64,000 bases of DNA from a virus. The number at the start of each line of letters is the position of its first letter. Within the stretch, counting starts at the first letter, position 1. The position numbers and the translations under genes were made by a program. The DNA lies in the IMG/VR virus record IMGVR_UViG_3300036770_005214, positions 44,123 through 108,122 of that record, one strand, 5' to 3'. Positions 29,816 to 41,100 of the stretch are shown here, in pieces. Under the pieces are notes generated by a model, which was not told the origin of the DNA, did no database searches, and saw nothing but the letters and a program-made list of their open reading frames with translations.

Positions 29816-29958
29816 CCGAAAGCGGGCTTTCTACCGTGATCCGCCGGGGGCCTTCCGCGCCCCCTGGCCCGCTCCCGCCCTCGCGGGGCGCCCTCGCGCC
29901 CGACCCCCAAGGGAAGCCCCAAGGGGGGTAGGAAGCTCCAAGGGGGGTAAGGGGATGG

Positions 29959-30339
29959 TCACTCAGGGTCGGGGGCCGAGTACCGGACGGTCCGATGCCC
30001 CTGGGTTCCGTCGGATGGGTCGGTGGCCCAGGTGTCGACGTGCCGGCGGAGGCCGCAGTGGGCGCAGGTATCAGTGTAGGCGATGCCGCCGCCCGAGCCG
30101 TAGACGGGCCCATCCTTCCAGGCGTGCTCCACATCGTCGCAGTCGGGCTCGGTCGGGTCGATCTGGACCTTGTGGCGGTCCCAGCCGTCGCCGTCGCTGT
30201 CGGCCACGAAAACCGTCAGCAGCACCGTGGCCTCGCACTCCCCCACCTCTGCCGCGGCGTAGGCCTCAGCGGCCTCGGTGGCGTCGGTGGCGTCGATCTC
30301 GGCATCTCCATACTCCTCGGACCGGCAACGGAACAACAT
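29959..30339 (-). CDS. Acidic hypothetical protein with CAHC motif
   Basis: GGAGGGAG RBS before ATG 30339. Confidence 0.6.
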   Translation of the reverse strand: MLFRCRSEEYGDAEIDATDATEAAEAYAAAEVGECEATVLLTVFVADSDGDGWDRHKVQIDPTEPDCDDVEHAWKDGPVYGSGGGIAYTDTCAHCGLRRHVDTWATDPSDGTQGHRTVRYSAPDPE

Positions 30340-30445
30340 GGCTCCCTCCCTCGGGGCTTGTGCCCCTCTGACACCTCGACCCCGCGGCGATGACGCCAGC
30401 GGGGCAAGGGGATGGAGCGGGGGAAGGGGATAAGGGGGGTCGGGG

Positions 30446-30715
30446 CTACCCCTCGACCACGAGCATGGCCGTCTGGTGCCCAGCGCCCTGCAACTCCGAA
30501 GCGGCTCGGCGCACCGCATCGAGGGCGGCCTGGAAGCGGTCCGGGCGGACCTCGGTCGCATCCCCCCCTAGCCATCGGGCCGCCCACGGCTCGCCGTTGG
30601 TCATCGTGTCCGCGAGCCCCGCTACCCGTTCGCACAGGTACTCAAGCTCCGCGGTCAGATCCCGCAAGTCCTCGGTTTCGTAGGCCTTCACGACCCTGGT
30701 TTCTTTCGTGCTCAT
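30446..30715 (-). CDS. Small hypothetical protein
   Basis: GGAGGACCTATG RBS shared with the neighbouring gene. Confidence 0.6.
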   Translation of the reverse strand: MSTKETRVVKAYETEDLRDLTAELEYLCERVAGLADTMTNGEPWAARWLGGDATEVRPDRFQAALDAVRRAASELQGAGHQTAMLVVEG

Positions 30716-30753
30716 AGGTCCTCCGAAGGGCCCCATGGGGCCCGGTTGTGTCT

Positions 30754-31053
30754 TCAGGCCTTCGCTGCCGCCCAGGACGCCCACGCCGCTGCCAGCGCCG
30801 CCCCGTTCGCGGTCCCTGCCAGCCGACGGGCCAGCGCCGGCGTCAGGACGGGCGCCCGGTCTCGCGCCAGCCGGGGATGGTTGACCACCCCCCAAGCGAC
30901 GGCGCGATCCTCGCCCACCGACGACAGCAGCCAGTCGACGGCGTGGCCCTGGTCGTCCGTCCAGGTGTAGGCCTCTCCCTCTCCCAGTACCCACCCGCCG
31001 CTCTTCCGACGGAGGGACAGGGCTTTGCGCCGCGAGGTCGTGATCGCGCTCAT
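30754..31053 (-). CDS. Small hypothetical protein
   Basis: GGAGGACCTATG RBS. Confidence 0.6.
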   Translation of the reverse strand: MSAITTSRRKALSLRRKSGGWVLGEGEAYTWTDDQGHAVDWLLSSVGEDRAVAWGVVNHPRLARDRAPVLTPALARRLAGTANGAALAAAWASWAAAKA

Positions 31054-31129
31054 AGGTCCTCCAAGGGGGCCCCGAAGGGCCCGGTTTGTGTGTGTGTCAG
31101 GCGAGGTCAGCGGTCGTCGTTAGGTCCTC

Positions 31130-31214
31130 TCCCTTGCCGGCCGGGCACCGTTGCCGCCGACACTCTCCATCTATCCCCCTCTCTCCGACACGTCAACCAA
31201 GACGGTGCATATTG
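31130..31214 (-). promoter_or_regulatory. Repeated sigma70-like promoter plus leader, copy 2
   Basis: Minus strand CAATATGCACCGTC-TTGG-TTGACG-17nt-TAGATG...GGCGGCAACGGTGCCCGGCCGGCAAGGGAG. Confidence 0.7.
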
Positions 31215-31371
31215 TCCAAAGTGACGGTTCTAACTAGGTCGGCCGGACCCTCCCCGGGGCGCTGGGGGGCCGTCGGGGCGGGGTCCGGGGCGGGGGGCGG
31301 GGGCGGGAGCCGGGGGGGTGGGCGCTCGCGAGGGAAAGGGGGTAAGCTAAGGGCGGAAGGGGGGAAGGGGC

Positions 31372-32379
31372 ATGGGGGGCTACGATCTCGTCGAGGGGGA
31401 AGGGGGTGGGCTGGCGAGGCCTGCCGAGTTTCGAGACCTGCTCCAGCAGGCAGGGGAAACGCTCGGGCGCAAGCTGTCGCCGCGGACCCGCCAGGAGTAC
31501 GCCAAGGCCTTTCGGCACTTTGAGGCATGGGCCAACGGCATGGGGCTCCCGGCGCTGCCTACGACGCCCGTGGTGGCCTTGGTCTACGTCCAGTCGATGC
31601 GGCCGGACCTGGAGAAGGGGCAGATCTCCTTCTCCACCGTGACCATGCGCCTCGCGGCCCTGGCCGACGCCCAAGCCACCGCCGGGGGTTTGCCCGTGAC
31701 CTCGGACCCCAAGGTGAAGGAGCTACTGCGGGTGCTCCGCCGGGAGGTCGGCACCAAGCAAGTCCAGAAGGCTCCCCTGACGCTGAAGATGCTGGAACGG
31801 CTGCAACCCCTCTGGGAGGGCAACACGCTGACCCGGCGGCAACTCCAAGCCCGAGCCATCATCCTGCTCGGCTTCGCCCTGGCCGCCCGTCGGAGCGAAC
31901 TGGTGGGGCTCGACCTCTCTGACCTTCGCTTGGAGGACGAGGGGATGGTGGTCCTGATCCGGCGGTCCAAGACCGACCAGGAAGGCAAGGGCGCCGAGCT
32001 AGGCGTACCGCGTGTGAGCGGGCCTCTGTGCCCCGTGGCCGCCGTCGAGGCCTGGGTGCGTCAGCTACCGCTCGACGTGGACGGGCCCTTGTTCCGCACC
32101 GTGGACCCCGCTGACGTCGCCACCACACAGCGCCTCTCGGAGCGTGCCGTCGCCCGCATCGTCCAGCGGGCCGCCAAGGTCTGCGGAGTCGACGCCGAAC
32201 GCTTCGGGGCCCATTCCCTGCGAGCCGGCTACGTCACCGAGGCCGCTCGCAACGGCTATGACGCCACGCGGATCAGCTTCCAGACCCGTCACCGCTCCCT
32301 CGACCGCTTGAAGGGGTACATCCGCCGGGCGACCCTGTTCGAGCACAACGCCGGCGCGTTGCTCGGCCGGAAGGCTTGA
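31372..32379 (+). CDS. Tyrosine recombinase (Cre-like resolvase/integrase)
   Basis: ARRSEL (R), RRSKTDQ (K), AHSLRAG (HxxR), TRHRS (H), KGYIR (Y); N-terminal SAM-like domain. Confidence 0.93.
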   Translation: MGGYDLVEGEGGGLARPAEFRDLLQQAGETLGRKLSPRTRQEYAKAFRHFEAWANGMGLPALPTTPVVALVYVQSMRPDLEKGQISFSTVTMRLAALADAQATAGGLPVTSDPKVKELLRVLRREVGTKQVQKAPLTLKMLERLQPLWEGNTLTRRQLQARAIILLGFALAARRSELVGLDLSDLRLEDEGMVVLIRRSKTDQEGKGAELGVPRVSGPLCPVAAVEAWVRQLPLDVDGPLFRTVDPADVATTQRLSERAVARIVQRAAKVCGVDAERFGAHSLRAGYVTEAARNGYDATRISFQTRHRSLDRLKGYIRRATLFEHNAGALLGRKA

Positions 32380-32454
32380 GTTAGCTCACCCAGGGGCAGT
32401 ATCGCCCTGCGGTCGCTCGGGTTTGGTTAGGCTGGCCCCCGAGCGTCCGCGCCT

Positions 32455-32622
32455 TCACCGCTTGCGGGGCAGGTGGGCGCCTTCTTCGATCTGCCCGGCT
32501 GCCCACGGAAAGGCCGCACTCGTCCACATGGGCTTGCCCTGCTCGCGTAGCCACGCCGCGATCAGCGTCCGTTCTTCCCGGCGAACAGCGTCGAGGACCC
32601 GTTCCAACTCGGCCGGGCTCAC
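32455..32622 (-). CDS. Small hypothetical protein
   Basis: GTG start overlapping the upstream TGA (VSPAELERVLDAV...). Confidence 0.45.
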   Translation of the reverse strand: MSPAELERVLDAVRREERTLIAAWLREQGKPMWTSAAFPWAAGQIEEGAHLPRKR

Positions 32623-32771
32623 TGGTCTCTCCGGGGGCGGTAGACCACCGGGATGCTCTCGACGTAGCGCCGGTACGCCTCCGTACCCATGCGGGCCTCC
32701 GGGGGGCTCGCCTCCTTGCCCTGCCGCCGCTGGTCCTCGCTCTGCTCCGCCTTCCCTCGCTTCCCTGTCAT
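32619..32771 (-). CDS. 50-aa hypothetical protein (not in the ORF track)
   Basis: GGAGG RBS then MTGKRGKAEQ...YRPRRDQ*. Confidence 0.4.
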   Translation of the reverse strand: MTGKRGKAEQSEDQRRQGKEASPPEARMGTEAYRRYVESIPVVYRPRRDQ

Positions 32772-33109
32772 GCCCGCCTCCGCGTCTATTCTGCCCTACC
32801 GGGCGTGGGCTCGATAGAGGTCGACCGTTCCGAGTGCGGCCAGGACGCAGAAGACCGCTGTAGGCAGCAGGCAGCACACCGAACCGGTAACCGTGGTCAC
32901 GAGAACCCCCTGGCGCCTACCCTAGCCGGCGCGGTGTGAGGGGGCAAGAGTATGTCCGCAAAGTTGGTGGCGAACCCGATGACCGCAAACGCACCCTTAG
33001 CGGACACACCTGCCACCGCGCACCCACGAGCACCCACGAGCACCAGCAGGCACCTCCGAGCACCCCCGAGGGGGTAGAAGGGGGCAGGGGGAGTGCCGCT
33101 AGAGGCAGG

Positions 33110-33137
33110 TTGACAGGCGATGATGGGAAGATAGGAT
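33110..33137 (+). promoter_or_regulatory. Sigma70-like promoter
   Basis: TTGACA-16nt-TAGGAT upstream of ATG 33153. Confidence 0.5.
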
Positions 33138-33152
33138 GGAAGGGGAGCCAGG

Positions 33153-33410
33153 ATGAGCAAGAAGAACCTAGTCACGATCCCGTCTTCAGTCCTCGACCGC
33201 GTATGCCGACTGCAACCGTGGGTGGAGGGGCAAGCCCTCGCCGGTACGAGCACTACCCGTTCGGTACTGCTACATGCGCTGGCCCTGGGTTTGGCGCAGA
33301 TGGAGCACGCCTTCGCCAACGCGGAGCGGTTGCCGATGCCCGACCACCCCATCCCCTTGCCGGTCCCGACGAGCACCTTCCCGCCGCTGTCTGACGACGA
33401 CGGAGAGTGA
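33153..33410 (+). CDS. Small RHH-like hypothetical protein
   Basis: LVTIPSSVLDRV..TRSVLLHAL. Confidence 0.5.
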   Translation: MSKKNLVTIPSSVLDRVCRLQPWVEGQALAGTSTTRSVLLHALALGLAQMEHAFANAERLPMPDHPIPLPVPTSTFPPLSDDDGE

Positions 33411-33901
33411 GCGTGGACGTCAAGCAGTTCATGGAGGCCGTCAAGGCCGACGCACGCCGTTGGGACGAGCGCCCTCGGTCGACGGAGGTCTACGCCCTGC
33501 TCACACGGGACGCCGAAGCGTGCCGCTTGTGGGTGTCGTCGCTGCGGCTCCTCGAAGAGTCGATCAACGTCGACATCGAGACGCGGGACCAGCAGGCCGC
33601 CACGCTGCGCAACGCGGGAGCCGTCAGCGAGTACGACACGCACCTCCAATGGCGGCGCAAGGCGCTGCGATTCCGGGGCGCCATCCGTAACCGCATCGTC
33701 GAGGCCGAGTACGAGCTACGCCGCCGCACGGGCTTGTCGGAGATGGTGGACCAGTTGATCGTGGGGGCGTTTCACCTGCTACGCGACGTCGCCGGCAGCG
33801 AAACGTGGGTGAAGGACTACCAGGAGTACAAGCGGCTGCGCCTCGGGCAGATTGGGCCGCTTAACGACGGGAGCGAGTCTTCTTCCCCACCGACTGACTG
33901 A
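33407..33901 (+). CDS. Helical hypothetical protein
   Basis: GTGA coupling to the upstream gene. Confidence 0.6.
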   Translation: MSVDVKQFMEAVKADARRWDERPRSTEVYALLTRDAEACRLWVSSLRLLEESINVDIETRDQQAATLRNAGAVSEYDTHLQWRRKALRFRGAIRNRIVEAEYELRRRTGLSEMVDQLIVGAFHLLRDVAGSETWVKDYQEYKRLRLGQIGPLNDGSESSSPPTD

Positions 33902-34268
33902 AGACGTACAAGCTCCCGATGGCGACCGCACCGATGACAAGCCGACTGACAGCGGTGCTGGTCGACCCCTTGTGCTTGCTTTCGAGCGTCCCCCGCACGA
34001 TGGCTCGGATGCGATCGGCGGGCGCCAGCGCCTCGGTCTCTTGCACGAGCATCTGGAGGTCCTGGTACAGGTCTTCCTGTTCCTCCGGGACCTCGGGCGC
34101 ATCATAGAGCCCGTCGAGGCCGAACGCGGCTTGCACGACCGCGGCGAGCGTGACCGGCGGAACGGCCAGACGGCGGGAGAGGTTGCGCCACACGCCCTTG
34201 GCGACGCCGATCAACGCTTGTTCGTCGCTGGTCGGCGTGTTCCTGGTAGACCACAATGCCTGCGCCAC
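33861..34268 (-). CDS. C-terminal TM protein
   Basis: LVIGAVAIGSLYVF then basic tail. Confidence 0.55.
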   Translation of the reverse strand: MAQALWSTRNTPTSDEQALIGVAKGVWRNLSRRLAVPPVTLAAVVQAAFGLDGLYDAPEVPEEQEDLYQDLQMLVQETEALAPADRIRAIVRGTLESKHKGSTSTAVSRLVIGAVAIGSLYVFSQSVGKKTRSRR

Positions 34269-34269
34269 G

Positions 34270-34578
34270 CTAACCCCCGAAGATGAGCCATCTTCCGCGC
34301 CGTTGAAGCTCCGTAAGACGCTCCTCCGTGCAAAGCAACTCGGCGGACAGGCGCTCGATGTGGTCTCGCTGGATCTGATTCACTTGCTGGGCCGTCGCCA
34401 AGGCTTCCTGCATGGCCACCATCGCATACAGGGTCGCCGTGGCGATCTCCAGCGCCTTGATTCGGCGCTCGACACACGCTTGCTCCTCCGCTGTCTCGGC
34501 AGTGCGAAGGGACTCGTAGGCTTCCATGCTCTCGACCGCGAGCAAGGCCAGCCCGCGTTCAAGAGCGGAGGGCAGCAT
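34270..34578 (-). CDS. Coiled-coil hypothetical protein
   Basis: TAATG coupling; heptad pattern. Confidence 0.55.
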   Translation of the reverse strand: MLPSALERGLALLAVESMEAYESLRTAETAEEQACVERRIKALEIATATLYAMVAMQEALATAQQVNQIQRDHIERLSAELLCTEERLTELQRRGRWLIFGG

Positions 34579-35069
34579 TAGGGGGGCGTTCCGGGTTGGA
34601 CCACAGCGGGCGAGGGAGTGGGTTCGGGCTTCGCAGGCGCCACGCCGTAGCGGATGGTGAGGTAGAGTGTGATCGCCATGCCGAGGAACTTCAAGACCTC
34701 GATGCCGATTGACTGCGCGACCGCGAGGCGCTGTTGCGACGTCTCCGCCTGCTTCGTGCGGACTTGCGCATCCGCCTTGATCGCTTCGCGCCGGTCGCCG
34801 GCGTTCACGTCCATCTGCTTCTTCAAGAGGTCGGCGAACTGCTGATTCTGCCGAATGGCCTCCGCCCTGATCTCCCGGACCTCTTTCAGTAGCTCCTGGT
34901 GGCGTGTCTGGCTTGCGGACTCTCGGACGTCAGACAACTTCTCACGCACCTGGACAGAGGTCTCAAGACTTCCCAAACGGACCTCCATCGTGTGAAGGCC
35001 TTTGGTCAGGTCGTCTACACGGGCCGACAAGCCATCGATCTCTTGGGCCAGTTTGTCGGTGTCTCCCAT
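34578..35069 (-). CDS. Coiled-coil protein with C-terminal TM helix (holin/XhlA-like architecture)
   Basis: Heptads then VLKFLGMAITLYLTI. Confidence 0.55.
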   Translation of the reverse strand: MGDTDKLAQEIDGLSARVDDLTKGLHTMEVRLGSLETSVQVREKLSDVRESASQTRHQELLKEVREIRAEAIRQNQQFADLLKKQMDVNAGDRREAIKADAQVRTKQAETSQQRLAVAQSIGIEVLKFLGMAITLYLTIRYGVAPAKPEPTPSPAVVQPGTPP

Positions 35070-35116
35070 GTAACCCTCTCCCTGCCACCGAGACTAACCG
35101 AAGGGGGTCAGGGGGT

Positions 35117-38100
35117 CTAGCCTTCGGACGCACGCGGAAGCAACAGACCCACCGGCCGCTCCCCCTCTTCGTATTCCCGAAGGCGATACACCGAGTCTTT
35201 CAACTTCTCGTTGGGCCACTCGGAGATCGACTTCAGCACGAGCGCAATAAGGCTGCGAGGCAGACGGCGGTCCCACATCTTGCGCAGCGTCCAGACGAAC
35301 GACGCCAACAGCCGTTGGGCGGAGGATTCCGATAGGTCTCCTACGGCAACGACCTTCCCCATGAGATTGCGCCAGAACTCGAAGTTGCCCGACTCGAAGC
35401 TCTCGACGATGGTCGTGAAGTCCCCGTCATCCTTGGGCTGCATGACGCGCTCAAAGGCTTTCTCTGCGCTCTCGTAGTTGTTGTAGTATTTGGGATTGGA
35501 GAGGCAGGAGCAGAAAGCGATCTTGCCGTCCGGCAAACGAAGGAAGATGCCCGACTGGATGGGGCTGAAGTCCTCGCCCTCCACGAACACCCCCGCCCAG
35601 GAGAAGTAGGTCGAGGAGTACATCGCTTTTACTGCCTCGAAGAAAATACCCATTTCGTAGTAGGAAGAACCCTTCGCGGCGGCTTCCTGCACTTGCTGCA
35701 CGCTCAAGCGGTTCCAGGCCATCAGGGCGGCCTTGGCGGCCCGCTTGTGCCACACGTCCCGACGGGTCTCAATGAGCGCCTGGAAGATGGTGACGAGGTT
35801 CGGAGGCGCCTCCGCAAACTCCGTGCGCTCGGACCACGCGATCGGCTCCGCACGCTCGGCGACAAACGATGGTGCGCCAAGCTGCCCGAAGTTGGGCGGG
35901 TGGATGATAGACCAGTCCGGCGGATCGTCGCCTGGGGTTGCGGCCTTCGAGATATTCCCCGCGAACCCAGGGGCATAGAGGACAGCCGTGGAGAGTTGGA
36001 GCTTCCCTTCCTCGCGGAAGATGACGCGGAAGCTGGAGTCGCCGGGATAGACCTGGGCGATGTAGACCTTCTTCTCGCCCTCGGCGTTCCGCAAGAGGTT
36101 GCCGCGGTCGCGATAGACCACGCCGGTCACGAGGTCGGGGAACACCATCTGACCTGCCATCAGGCCTTCGATGGCTTCCGAGGGGATGCAGCTTAGCATC
36201 GCGGCGCTGGCGTTGCGCAGCGCGTAACGCACCCCATCCAGCTTCTCTTCCCGCTTCTTCTCGTCTTCCTGCTGGCGTGCGATGCCAACGGAGTTCAACG
36301 CGTTGCGGACCGCAGACCAAGCCTGCCGACGTGCGCTCATCCGACGCTGGTACTCTTGCTTCTTCCGAATGTCCGCGAACATCGCCTCGGCACGCTCGGG
36401 GTTGCGGACGACGAACCGGATCAACATCTCTTCACGGTCGGACCCGTCCGTCTGGAAGTTCGGCGCGTTGCCGGTGAAGATCTCATTCTGCCACTCGGCT
36501 TTCCCTTGCGCGGCGTTCATCAGGATGCCGTCGAAGGACTGCGAGGAGACGACGTTGTAGATCTTCACGAGCGACAGGGTGTTGCCTTGGCGGATGGCCC
36601 GCCCTTCCCGCTGCTCGATGGTCGCCGGCTCCCAGGTGTAGCTGAGGTGGTACAGCGAGCCCGTGCGGCGCTGGAGGTTCAAGCCCTCGGCCATCGCCCG
36701 ACTGGTCCCGATCAGAATGTCATAGGCCGGGGGACACGCGTCCTGCTCCCGCTCTTGGGTGATGGGATTGATCTCCTCATCCACGCCGTTGAAGCCACCA
36801 TTGACCCAGCCGCCCGTCTTCTCATCCCGCTTGCCGTTGGCGATCTCATCCCGCTTGGTCTTGTCCACGTTGCCCGTGATCGACTTGATCCGGTCGCGGC
36901 GGATGCCGGCCGCCACGAGGGCGTCAATCAGCCACCCGTGCGCCTCTACCGAGTCGAGGAAGATCAGCGTACCAAACGGGGGCAGGCCCGCCGCTGCCCG
37001 CTCCGCGTTGTCGGCCACAATCTGCCGAACGGTTTGCGTCAGCTTCTCGGGGAGCTTGGTGCTGATCAGGTCATTCGGGAGCGACAGCCCGCACGCTTCC
37101 ATGACGTCGAACAAGTGCGCATAGGCATCGAGGGCTGCATCGGACCGCTTCTTCTCCGCCTTCTTCTCTCCATCCTTCTCGTCTTTCCCGTCGTCCTTCT
37201 TGTCCCGCTTTAGCTTGGTCTCCCCTTTCTCCTGCATCCGTTTGAGGACACGCTGCTCCTCGGGCGTGTCGGTCACGTCGTAGTAGTCAAGGAGGATCAA
37301 CCGGGGATCGATGGCGACCTTGATCATCATGCTCATGCTGATCAAAGTGAGCGCGGCCTCTACATCTTCGGTGACCTGGACCTTCCGCAAAGAGTATGCG
37401 ACGTCTCGGAGTTCGGGGTCTTCGATCGTATCAACCCAACTCCCGCTCGCCGCAGCTTCCTTTCCGGCCGCCTTCCGGGCCATGCGAAGCTCCATCGCGG
37501 TCCGCAACGCGTCGGAGATCTTTGCCTGCTCGTCGCGCATCGTGACGGCCAGCGTCGTCTTGTCGACGTCCGGGAGCCGCAAGATGCCCGCGTTGGTCAG
37601 GTCGGCCTTGGTGCGCCGCTGCATGATGGGAGCGAGCGCCGACAACAACTCGCGGAGCGGGGCCTCCTTAAACTTCAGGACCCCGGGGCCCACCTTGGGC
37701 GTCAGGTCGAAGACGCCCGCCGTGTTGGTCTCCCCAATCTCCAGGTAGCGGTCGATAAACTCCTCTTTGTGCTGGATGCCCATCCGCGGCCACAGGTCAT
37801 CGCTGACGTACTCGCCGAGGTTGTACAACTCGATCGGGCTGTTCTTGAGCGGGGTGGCGGTCATCAGCATGACGCCCTGCCCATCTCCCCGAGCCTCAAA
37901 CAACTCGCGGGTCTTGAAGAGCAGGTCCCAACACAGCTTGGTGAGCCCGCCGCCCTCTTCTTCGTCGCCCTTCTCCTTCTTGGTCGAGCCCAGGAACGCG
38001 ATGGTGGACGCGCCCATCCGCGGGCTCGGATACCACAGGTTCTTGTAGTAGTGGGCCTCGTCCACGATGATCGCGGTGTCGGGGGCCAAGATGGCTTCCC

Positions 38101-41100
38101 AGGAGATCAGGTTCGCGGAGTCCTTCACCCGGAAGTCGGTCTCCCCCTTCGCCTGCCCTTCCGCAACCGCATCGAGCAGTTCGCGGTCCGTCGGCGTCAG
38201 CTTCGTGACCTGCTCCTCCAGGTTTTTCTTCTTCTTGAGGAGTTCTTCGTCCCTTGGCCGAAGGCGGAGCTTCGCCTCCGCCTCTTCGAGCTTCGCCTTC
38301 ACCACCCGCAGGAGCTTGAGACGCTGGCTAAGCCCGCGGCGGATCCAGGCCTGATCCATGATCAACTTGCGGGACTTCTCGCCGTCGGGGAAGACGTCGC
38401 GCAGGAACCCGGTGTGCCCGCAGATGAGCACGTCAAAGTGCCCGTCCGCGAACGCCCGCCACTTCTCGCTACGGGTCTCGGGGCTGTCATCCTTGCCCGC
38501 CGTGATCCCGACCAAGCAGATGCGGTAGTCGGGCAGGAAGCGAAGCGTCTGGGTGTACCACTGCGCGAGGGTGTTGTTCGGCACGACGATGACGACACGG
38601 CGAGCCCGCCCCGTCTGCCGCCACATCGCGATCGAAGAGAAGGACAGGAACGTCTTGCCCGCGCCCACGGCGTCGAAGATGAGCCCGCCGACGCGCTCAC
38701 GCTGCCACCGCACCGTCTGATTCTGGTGGGCGTGCAGGGTAATGTCGGGGTTCTGGCGAGCGAGGGGGTAGGGCTCGGTCGAGTACAGGCGCCCCCGCTG
38801 TTGGGGCATCCGCTCGGAGTAGATGACTTCGATCTGATCGAGGTAGGCCTGATTGTCGGGGATGGAGAGCCATCCAGTGAAACTCGCTTCGATGGCTTGC
38901 TCTTGCGCGACGCGCCCGGAGAAACCGATGTTGTTCTCAAACACCTGCTTCTGGCTCGACCGGCCAATGTCGACCTTCTCTTCGCGATTCAGGTAGCCCA
39001 GCACCTTCGCGGCGAGTTCGACCTCGGCTGCGCGTTGCGCCTCTTGGGTCCTCTTCATCTCTTTCGCGGTCTCATCCTTGGCACGAGCCTTGTCCCCCGT
39101 TTCGTACTCGTGCAGGGTCATCAACGAGGTGTCGGGCGAAACGGCGTCCTCGTCCTTCACTCGGATGTCGTAGCGAACGCCGTCGAAGGTGAGCAGGAAG
39201 CTGTTGTTGCCGCAGAACGACTTGACCCATTCGGCGACCGTCTCAATCGGGACGATGCCCGAGCGGGGAGCAACACCCACGCTCAATACGTTCTGGGCGC
39301 CGAGCAGGGCTTGCAGACGGGTCACCCCTTCCCGCAGGCGCTCCATCACCTCGGCGTTGTCGATCTCCGCCATATCAATGACCCGCGAGGTCACCGCGAG
39401 GCGATCGGTGAGGTTCCCCGTCAGGTAGTGTTCCTCGGTGTAGTACCGGAAGCCCTGCTCGCTCGGCTCGATAAAGATACCCGCACGGATCAACGAGAAG
39501 ACCAGCCCCTCATCCGCGTCCGGGTAGTGCCGTTGCAGATCTTGCTCGTCGCAGTAACCACGGAGCCGGCAGTAGTACGCCACGAGGTCAAAGAGGGACA
39601 GGTTCTCGGTGTTGCGCGGGTACTCCTCCACCGAGACGATGGGGGTCTCCTGCACGCCATCGCGGAGGTACTGCTCCCAACCCCGCCGGGCCTGCTCGGG
39701 GAGGTCGCTGAAGCCCTCCGAGACGTCCCCCCACTTGGCGGCGAAGTCTTGCAGGTCGGTCAGTAGCTCGACGCGGCCCACCTCTGCGAGCGTCAACTTC
39801 TCGGGCGAACTGAGCCGCTGGTAGTACACAAACAGGCGATTCCCCAGCAGACGAGCCGTGTGGTAGCGGTAGTCGGTCGGGGGACGCTTGGAGGGGCGTG
39901 CGGGTGCTGCGGTCGGGCGTCCCGGGCGGGTCGTCGTGGGCGCCGGGGCCGCAGTCGAGCCAGGGATCGACGAGACCATAAAGGGGACGCCGGGGTCGAC
40001 GCTGGTCCGGTCGGCGGCACGGAACACCGCCGCCAAGGCGATCGTGGGGTCGAAGGTCCCAACGATGGAGCCACCCCGGTAGCCTTCCTGGTAGGTTCCG
40101 AGGATGTTCGATTCCTCGAAGTGGTAGGGCACGCGAGACAGGTCGCGGGCTTCAGCGCCCGAGCGGTTCACTGCCCGCCGCGTCCACGCTTGGATGCAGA
40201 ACACGCCAGGGACGTCGGGGAACACTTCGGAGGGGAGCGCGACGGCTCCGCGGAAGTCCCCTTGGACCAGCATCTCCTCCCGGAACTTCATCTGGTCCTT
40301 GCTGGTCGCTTGGACCAACGACCACGGGGTCAGCGTGACGAGCACGCCACCAGGGCGCAGGAGCTTCAGAGACTTGAGGAGCGAGTAGTGCTCGGCCCGG
40401 TCGACGTCCTTCCGGTCCACCGCCAGCGCCTTGCGCGAGCGGTCCATGAAGGGCGGATTGGAGATCGCGAGGTCGAAGCCTTCGCCCTGGTAGCGGAAGG
40501 CCTCAAACATCGACGAGTGGACCTGCACCTCACGCCCTTGGAAGCGCAGGGCCAGCATCTCCGCGAGGCGAGGATCGTACTCGACGACCTGGAAGCGCAC
40601 GTCCGCGTTGTCGAGCGGCGTCGCGTCAATCATGCGGCCGATGCCCGCGGAGGGCTCCAGCACGTTGCGGATGGGCCCGCTCACCAGCCGGCGAGCGTAG
40701 TCCCACATGACCCCGCAGACGGCCAGCGGCGTGAAATACTGGGTGCGGATCGCCTCTTCGGTCGCGAGCACCGCCGGCGATGGGGCCCGACCCAGACGGG
40801 TGGCCTCGCTCCACGCGACGATGGCCTCCTCAAACTCGGGAGCGAACAACCCGGAGCCGGGGGAAAGCTGCGAGAGGAGACGGGTGAAGCCCCCCCAGCC
40901 CGTGTAGGCCCGAAGGGACCGCGCGAGCACCGCCCGACTGGTTGGGGCGCCTTCCTTGGCCGCTCGATAGGCCCGCAGCGCGTTCAGGTTCCAGCGCAGC
41001 CGGCGAGGCGTCGACCAGCGATGGAAATCCATCGAGTCGCCCGGGTCCTCGATATGCGTCCCCGTGTACCCCATGAGGGCCGCTTCAAGGTTCCCGCGCC

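Noticed and set aside
29815-31240. Possible lox/att site for the recombinase
   Set aside because: Only a 6-bp inverted repeat (GAAAGC-GG-GCTTTC, about 29818) was found, and it is not conserved in the second cassette copy
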